Positions 62,759-64,000 of a DNA stretch of 64,000 bases are shown piece after piece. This DNA is from Obrimoposthia wandeli (Eukaryota): positions 2,170,001-2,234,000 of the forward strand of contig CDROCS010000506.1 of NCBI GenBank assembly GCA_977020255.1. The letters run 5' to 3'. The position numbers and the translations under genes are program-made. The notes beneath the pieces are model-generated. The model saw only the letters and a list, made by a program, of their open reading frames with translations, was not told the origin of the DNA and did not search any database. Numbering within the stretch: position 1 is the first letter of the stretch; each line of letters opens with the position of its first letter.

Positions 62759-62803
62759 TGATAATTAGCTGGATAAGCAAATCACTTTTACTGGATAGTA
62801 ATA
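62759..62803. promoter_or_regulatory. LysR-type operator between the symporter and LysR (copy B)
   Basis: TGATAAT-N11-GCAAATcACTTTTACTGgaTAGTAATA; 33/45 identical to copy A. Confidence 0.65.
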
Positions 62804-62868
62804 ATTTAGGTTTATTGTCGCTAATAACTTATAATTGTTACCTAACAGTTGAATAAGAGAATGTGTTG

Positions 62869-63753
62869 ATGAGTGATTGGTCTGGTGTCAGTGAGTTTGT
62901 AGCGGTTGCCGAAACCGAAAGTTTTACCGCCGCAGCAAAGCGTTTAGGGATCTCGACCGCGCAAGTGAGTCGACAGGTGTCTGCACTTGAAGAGCGCTTG
63001 TCGGCAAAGTTATTCTACCGGACCACACGTAAAGTATCTGTAACCGAAGTGGGTGGCATTTACTATCAGCATTGTCGTCAGGTAATGGATGGTTTAGCAG
63101 ATGCTGAACGTGCCATCAGCAATTTACAAAGCACACCCAAAGGTAAGTTAAAAATAACAGCACCAATTACTTACGGTGAACGTAGTGTTGCGCCATTAGT
63201 GAATGATTTTGTGATCCAATATCCTGAATTAGAAGTGCAATTAGTATTATCTAATCAGCAGATTGATTTAATCGATGAAGGCTTTGATTTAGCCATTCGT
63301 CTCGGCCAGTTAGGTGATTCATCGATGATTGGTAAGCGTTTAGCGACTCGTAAGCAATATGTTTGCGCTGCGCCGGAATACTTAAGTGCCTTTGGTGCTC
63401 CGCATACCTTGTCAGAATTAGATCGCCATAATTGTTTATCGGGCACCTTGGATTACTGGCGTTTTCAAGAAAAAGGCAAAGCTCGTAATATTCGCGTGAA
63501 AGGTAATTTTAGCTGTAACAGTGGCCCGGTATTAGTCGATGCGGCATTGAAAGGCGTGGGTATTGTGCAACTGCCTGATTATTATGTGCAGGAATATATT
63601 AACCAAGGTCTGCTGATTGAATTGCTGCCAAACTACCGTGAACCGGATGATGCTGTGTGGGCTTTATATCCACAAAATCGCCATCTGTCGCCGAAAGTAC
63701 GTATGTTGGTAGACTATTTAGCCAAAGAATTAGCGATAAAAGCAGCACCATAA
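62869..63753 (+). CDS. LysR-family regulator of the type usually divergent from frmA/adhC; start 62863 or 62869
   Basis: W.G..EFVAVAE..SFT.AA.RLG.STAQVSRQ..ALE.RL..KLFYRTTRKVS.TE. Confidence 0.9.
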   Translation: MSDWSGVSEFVAVAETESFTAAAKRLGISTAQVSRQVSALEERLSAKLFYRTTRKVSVTEVGGIYYQHCRQVMDGLADAERAISNLQSTPKGKLKITAPITYGERSVAPLVNDFVIQYPELEVQLVLSNQQIDLIDEGFDLAIRLGQLGDSSMIGKRLATRKQYVCAAPEYLSAFGAPHTLSELDRHNCLSGTLDYWRFQEKGKARNIRVKGNFSCNSGPVLVDAALKGVGIVQLPDYYVQEYINQGLLIELLPNYREPDDAVWALYPQNRHLSPKVRMLVDYLAKELAIKAAP

Positions 63754-63771
63754 AGTGCCAATATTTATCGC

Positions 63772-63999
63772 TTAATGCATCCAACAAATATGATTGAATC
63801 CTTCGATATTATTAGCGGAGTAAAGATAAAGGAAGTTACCCTTTCGTTCAACCTTATAATTTATCGTAAAGTCTTTATATAATAATTGATCATTGTTGAT
63901 GACGGCATCAGGATGCTTTTTGGTAAAAATAATATTATTGAAAGTCATCGATAAGCTATTGCCGTTTAAAGTATATTTGCCTACGAAGAGAAATTCAGC
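63772..63999 (-). CDS. 3' part of a beta-rich hypothetical protein running off the window
   Basis: Open frame AEFLFVGKYTLNGNSLSMTF...GNFLYLYSANNIEGFNHICWMH* to the window edge. Confidence 0.5.
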   Translation of the reverse strand, partial: AEFLFVGKYTLNGNSLSMTFNNIIFTKKHPDAVINNDQLLYKDFTINYKVERKGNFLYLYSANNIEGFNHICWMH

Positions 64000-64000
64000 T

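Overview
Core-chromosome segment of a marine gammaproteobacterium. Gene order, AT-rich composition and intergenic style suggest a Moritella/Psychromonas-like organism; this is inference, not a database result. The backbone is cyaY-lptM-lysA-dapF-DUF484-xerC-yigB-uvrD, rarD-yigI, recQ, yhhQ, polA-engB-cyt c4-yihI-hemN, glnALG, typA-yihY-dtd-yiiD, recG-trmH-spoT-rpoZ-gmk and frmA. The ORF track misses a rich RNA layer: two collinear CsrB-family sRNAs flanking a chromosomal qnr gene, a type III preQ1-I riboswitch, a Fur-boxed RyhB and a Spot 42 homolog that keeps an SpfP-like reading frame. The strongest candidate for an uncharacterised system is a translationally coupled four-gene operon at 12.1-18.3 kb (DUF4956 membrane protein, CotH-kinase/beta-helix protein, VTC-domain polyphosphate-polymerase-like protein, exported GHL15-like protein). 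Also notable: a LysR operator present in two copies 5.6 kb apart (frmA and a DAACS symporter), a PxWG-repeat lipoprotein plus beta-barrel pair, a proline-iminopeptidase homolog lacking its catalytic Ser, a PilZ protein with a FliM-N-like motif opposite a tiny Arg-rich ORF, a DnaA-box/GATC cluster before polA and a 37-bp palindrome before a His-repeat metal permease. I found no rRNA, tRNA, CRISPR array or intact transposase. All family assignments come from motif recognition by eye.
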